The notes under the pieces were generated by a model. That model was not told where the DNA came from. It did no database searches and saw nothing but the letters and a program-made list of their open reading frames with translations. The position numbers and the translations under genes were made by a program. DNA of 64,000 nt from the human T2T-CHM13v2.0 reference genome, Homo sapiens. Positions 58,380-64,000 of this stretch are shown in pieces. Location: assembly GCA_009914755.4 (NCBI GenBank), contig CP086569.2, forward strand, positions 25,408,001 through 25,472,000, written 5' to 3'. How positions within the stretch are numbered: position 1 is the stretch's first letter; each line of letters starts with the position of its first letter.

Positions 58380-59390
58380 TCTTTTTAAAAATTTTAAATT
58401 GTTGCATTACAATAGTACATATTTATGTGGTACAAAGTGATATTTCAATACATATATGCAATATGTAACGATCAAATCAAGGTAATCAGCATATCTAGCA
58501 TCAAAAATAATTTATGTTAGGAACATTCAAAATCCTCTCTTCTAGCTATTTGAAAATATACAATAAATTATCATTAACTATATTCACCCTTTAGTGCTAT
58601 AGAACACCAGAACTTATTCCCCCTACCTGTAATTTTATATCTGTTAACCAACCTCTGACTGTCTCCCTTTTCCAGACTCCAGTAACCACAATCCTACTCT
58701 CTACTTCTATGAGCTCAACTTTTTAAGATCCTACATATGAGAGAGATCATGAGGTATTTATTTTTCTGTGACTGACTTACTTCACCTAACATAATGGCTT
58801 CCAGGATCATTCATGTTGCTGTGAATGACATAATTTCATTTTTCTTTATGGCTAAATAGTATTCCACTATGTACATATACCACATGTAATTAATCTGTTC
58901 ATCTGTTAATGGACATTTAAGTTGATTCCATATCCTGGCTATTGTGAATAGTGCTGCAATAAACATAGGGGTGCAGATATCTCTTTGAAAGACAGACAGA
59001 CAGTGAGAGTGAGAGAGAGAGAGAGAGAGAGAGCAAGAGCCAGAGAGCGAGAGCACCAAATCCTAACCACTAGACCACCAGAGAGCGTCATCTCTTTGAT
59101 ACACTGTTTTTCTTTCCTCTGGATAAATACCCAGTAGTGGGACTGCTGAATCATATGGTAGTTCAATTTTTAGTTTTTGAGGAACCTCCATACTGTTTTC
59201 CATAATGGCTACATTAATTTATATTCCCACCAATAGCGTATTAAGAGTTTCTTTTTCTCTATATCCTCACTAGGTTTTGTTATTTTTTGTCTTTTTGATA
59301 ACAGCCATTCTAACAGGTCAGATGATCTATTTCATTGTGGTTTTGATTTGCATTTCCCTGACCAAATATTCTATTGATAGCAAACATTAT
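58380..59390 (-). mobile_element. Old LINE-1 3' region (L1M/L1PB-class), antisense, with an embedded (GA)n microsatellite
   Basis: Reverse complement of the L1 3'UTR and ORF2 end: '...ctatagaacaccagaacttattccccctacctgtaattttatatctgttaaccaacctctgactgtctcccttttccagactccagtaaccacaatcctactctc...cacctaacataatggcttccaggatcattcatgttgctgtgaatgacataatttcatttttctttatggctaaatagtattccactatgtacatataccacatgtaat...gtgaatagtgctgcaataaacatagggg...cccagtagtgggactgctgaatcatatggtagttcaatttttagtttttgaggaacctccatactgttttccataatggctacattaatttatattcccaccaatagcgtattaagag'. Confidence 0.7.
59009..59033. repeat. (GA)n microsatellite within a purine-rich (GACA/GAGA) tract spanning 58990-59055
   Basis: 'gacagacagacagtgagagtgagagagagagagagagagagagcaagagccagagagcgagagcacc'. 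Confidence 0.9.
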
Positions 59391-59577
59391 GGCCACTCCT
59401 GGCCATAAATCTTACCTGTATATAAATGTTGGTTACATTTTTCTTGGTATATAAAAAAGGAAATGAACTTCAATGACCTCAACAGAGATTTAGTTTAAAC
59501 AGCAGAAAGGTCTTAAACCACGTTGTTGTCACTGCTATACAAGTGAAGTATTAAACAATCTTCTTTTGAAATCTTTA

Positions 59578-59991
<414 letters not shown>

Positions 59992-62679
59992 TTAAATATT
60001 ACTGCTGGTTGATTTCTATCTTTTCCATTCAATTCTCTGTCCTGAGAGGCAACCATTCTTCTGATTTCTATCACCATAGATTAGTATCGCTTATTCTTCA
60101 GCATTAATGATGAAACGTTTTAAGGTGATGGAAAAGTTCTATATCTTGATTTGGGTAGTGGTTATACTGGTACATACAAGTGTCAAAACCCAGCAAACAG
60201 TATATTTAAAATCTGTGCACTAATTGTAAATTATATTTCAGTTTAAAAAAACCAAGATATTAGAGTCTTGGGAAGAGATAACTTTAAAAATAATAGATAT
60301 CATCATTCTTAAGGAGTGGACTAGGGAAGAGAAGGAAGCCAGCATGACCTCAATAGCAGATATAGTTTTATTGAACTAAAAACCAAGAAGGGAAAGAGCT
60401 GCCCTGGCTTCTCAACTGTATCCATGCTGATTAGCTAATAGCACCATTTCAATAGAATGCCCTCTGCTTTAACTGGCTCATTTGTTGTTGCAGAGCTGAG
60501 TCAACTGTACTGCCTGAAGGATGAAAACGGAGCTGGGGTAGAGAGGTGGTCATAAGATGCTACTGATTGTCTTGAAATAGAAATGTAGGAATTTACACTA
60601 GGCCATGATCAGGCATGTGGCTCTGTAGGCCCATACAGATAATGGCATCGTGCCTGCTAGCATTAGGAGAGAGTGCTCAAGGGAGAAAAAAAGTTAAGAA
60701 TTTAACTGAAAGAAATGAAACAAGCAAATATAAGACTTTTACAAAAAGGATGCCTCACCCTATGCTGATTCATTATCGGCCTTTCTTCTTGCACTATTGG
60801 CGAGGCTGGAGATTGGCACTTGGAATATATTTCTTATAGCAACCTTAGCTTATCTGCATAAATTCAAATGTACCAGTCCACAGATAAGGGGCTGTTTATT
60901 CTTTCTGATTCACATTGTTGTTTTCTTGACACATGGTAAACACTAGTAGATGCCTTATGCAATTGGGTGTGTGGAGTATTTTTTAGTCTGACAAATGCCT
61001 TTCACATCAAACTGCAACGGTCTCTGCTTTTCTTCATACTTTCAAGTCAACAGTCCTAAAGTAAAATTCCCTAGGAAGTACTGCATCAAGATCATCTTAA
61101 TTTTCCTTACTTGGTACCCTCTAGGCTAGGATTTTCCAGTGCCAAGGAGTTTAGAAAAGTAGAAAATAGAATTTTCACTGGCAAAAGACATTCTTATGAC
61201 AACAAAGCCTTCCCTTTTGCAATTCCCTGGATTTAAATGGCCTACGTATGGATAATGTTCCATTTCAGTACTCTATTCCTAAGTTATATATGCTTTGAGT
61301 TATAATTCCCCAAAGGAACTTTCCTATATTCACTCTTCCTATCTCCAAAAGCCTTTCCAAGCCCCTTGAAGAAACTAAGAGTTGCTGTAATTCATACACG
61401 TACACACATGCATACACTCTTGCCCCAAGGAACCTCTATATACTATTTCCACACCTCATAGCTTGCCTTTATGAAATAGCCCCAGCTTCAGCCAAGGGCA
61501 GGCAATTCTCACCTATGTCACCATTAGTCATTAAAGGCACTACTTTCTGGAAGGCTACTATTGTCTGTTTTGGATCTAGACAAAAATATAGGCAGATCAA
61601 TGACAATATATTATTTATATCTTCTCTGCTAAAGATGAGTTAGATGTTAATTTTCAGTACAGGTTATCAAATATACTCTGAGAACATACTTCCAATAAGT
61701 TGTAGGATACGATACAAAACGTCATCTTTTTACATAATTTCAATAGAAAAGCACATGTATTTCAATTAATTTAGTCAAAACCAAATTCCTTACTTCTTGG
61801 AAAACAGTACTGAAAAGAAAACCACCACCAATCTTGTCTGAGTGGCTTACAGGAGCCTCGAGTGTCTTCAGAAAAGCTGAACTTAGGCCTTTCACTGCAG
61901 GGAAGAGTTGGATGTCAGGCCTTAAAAGGCGAGAGTTATATAAGATGCCAGATGTTTAATCTTATCTCAAAGTCAAATATAAACGACTTGGGGACTGTCT
62001 GATGTTTTACATTCTCCACATTTATGTCCCTCTCTATTAGTGTGGATCCAAAAAGGAACTGGTATCACTCTTCACTTTTCATTCAAAGATTTCAAAGTAC
62101 TTCATATAATCCAATGACATAGTCACAAGAGAGAAAATGATGGATCCTATAACAGTGTGAAAGACTGGCAGCAGGCATAGAAAAATGTAGGAAACTGGTT
62201 CAAGAGTATAGGCATTGTTACACCACATGAGAAAATAGTACCATAAACTAATACCTGCTCCATCTCTTAGAGGAATGTCTATCTCCAAACTCCCTCTCAA
62301 CTAAAATCTGCATAAGTCTTGCCCTTTCTTCTACTAAAATTACATACAAGAGCAAGACTGTGCTCTCAAGAGACATGCCTCACTGGCTTGTCACTTACCC
62401 ATGTTTCTTTGACCTCTTCAGAGCCATCAGTTTCATCCTCCTAAAAAAGAAAAGGGAAGAAAATCAAGAGGCTCATCATCACAGACATCCTTGAAAACAA
62501 CAAGGTCAGATCCCATCAATTATGCATCTTGGCATTTCAAACATGGGCAATGAGAATTGACTTCCAAGTGATGCTCTGTTACTGCTACTTTTCACAGCCA
62601 TCACAGGCAGGCAACTTAGAAATGTCACCTGTAGTCTAAAAAGTCAAATCGACCACAGTTGGTAAAGGGATATCTTTAA

Positions 62680-62706
62680 GACAGACAGACAGACAGACAG
62701 ACAGAC
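62680..62706. repeat. (GACA)~6.5 tetranucleotide microsatellite
   Basis: 'gacagacagacagacagacagacagac'. Confidence 0.95.
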
Positions 62707-64000
62707 TTAATTTCATCTTTGTCAATACTTATCAGTCAATTTGGCCCTAAAACAATGAAATATTTTTATCTAAAAATAATTTATAATGGATGACTATTAC
62801 TGTCTCATTTCTTGTCTCACTGAATAAAGTGTGTCCAATTTTCAAAGGAGTCATTGGTAGGCAGGGTCATCTTGTCCAAGTTATTGGCCACTTGTTCTTT
62901 AAAATGCCAATAACAAGGTTGAATGAGGCTACAGAACAAGATATGGAAGAGGATGAATGGAACTACTGAATGAGTATTTGTAGTTAGTAAACATTGGCAT
63001 ATCTGTCTTTATTTTAAAGCCAAAGTTCATCTATTTTATGTTATTTGTTCCACTTTTTCTCCAAAACAGTAAAACTAAGTGAACTTGTATTACTTAGAGG
63101 TTTTAAGTTCCTTGAACTTCTTGTAGTACTCCTACAATATTTAGTTAGAATCTGCTCATATGTGGCGTTAAGATATTGTTGACTCACTACATGACATTCA
63201 GGAAATATTAGGAAGGACTACTAAAACTCAACAAGCTTATTCATTTGTTAATATTTGTTTATATGGCTGTTGTACATTTCCAGTTTTTTAATTCTTTGCC
63301 AATTATTTACTGAGTGCCTGCCATGTGCTTAGTTAGCACTGTACTAGATACTGGGAATCTAGCCGGAACATACCAAATGAGTCCCACACTAGTTAGGTCT
63401 TTCTTCTCTTTTCCTCAGTAATACTTCCTGAGAAACTGCAAGATTCATGGCACCATGAAGGACTCTTTCTTTTAAACTCAACTGTAAGAATGGTGACCAA
63501 GAGTAATACGATATGCCTCAGCACAGACAAATCTACTTACATCCTTTGACCAGAAATTGATGTCTGTGCCTCTTCATCGTTCCTTGGGCCACCTCCTCTC
63601 TTGGACAGACAGCCTCTTAGAGGACTGCTCATCCAAATCTGCTTCTTCATTCTCTGGCCAGAGATAAAATAAAGTATGAACTTTAAGAATCTGCGGGATG
63701 TGCACTGTGGAGGGGCCTGTGTCTTTTGAAGCTCTACATACCATTTTTGTCCATTTCCTTTGCAGTTGTAGTGTTTGTGGTAGTCTTTGAACTCTCAGAA
63801 TCAGGGACTGAAAATCTATTTGTCCATAGCAGGTGGGAACTGGTGTAGAGTGAGGGTCTTGATGTAGAAGGAGATGCTGGCGTGGTGGGTTTGTCTGGCT
63901 GAGCTGGGCACCTCAGGTGATGACAGATAGGCTGGAAATAATCCACAACATGAGATATTAGAAATCAAGTCCATCTAAAGAGTAAGGACAGCAGGTTTAT

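Noticed and set aside
63734-63946. Minus-strand Ser/Thr/Pro-rich 70-aa ORF ending at a GGTATGT donor-like site, a possible exon
   Set aside because: It starts at GTG. I see no upstream acceptor with a polypyrimidine tract, and the composition looks like chance low complexity. A single GTATGT is expected many times by chance in 64 kb. Without conservation or transcript evidence it is not supportable.

Overview
This window reads as primate, very probably human or hominoid, nuclear DNA. It is AT-rich, has no CpG island, and carries a dense set of retrotransposons. I found about 22 Alu copies, including AluY-like ones, several with perfect target-site duplications (TSDs). There are young and old LINE-1 fragments: a TSD-flanked, 5'-truncated L1PA copy at 11.8-14.0 kb, and a twin-primed (5'-inverted) L1 at 44-45.3 kb. 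There are ancient L2 and MIR elements, a MaLR LTR, a probable ERV1-type LTR, and two small TIR-bearing DNA-transposon relics. Microsatellites include a compound (TA)n(GA)n, a (CA)17, a (GACA)n and a (GA)n, and there is a ~290-bp degenerate AT-rich tract. I could not support any protein-coding exon, RNA gene, CRISPR array or prokaryote-style system. The ORFs in the supplied track begin at TTG/GTG as well as ATG and almost all lie inside Alu or L1 sequence. The one long ORF (12045-13133) is the C-terminal part of LINE-1 ORF2. The most interesting content is structural: nested insertions that can be ordered in time, retrotransposition junctions that show mechanism (TSDs, twin priming, a composite block with a 14-bp TSD), inverted Alu pairs, and likely polymorphic simple repeats. 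All coordinates are read by eye and are good to about 10-30 bp. Family and subfamily names are from memory of consensus sequences and need RepeatMasker/Dfam confirmation.
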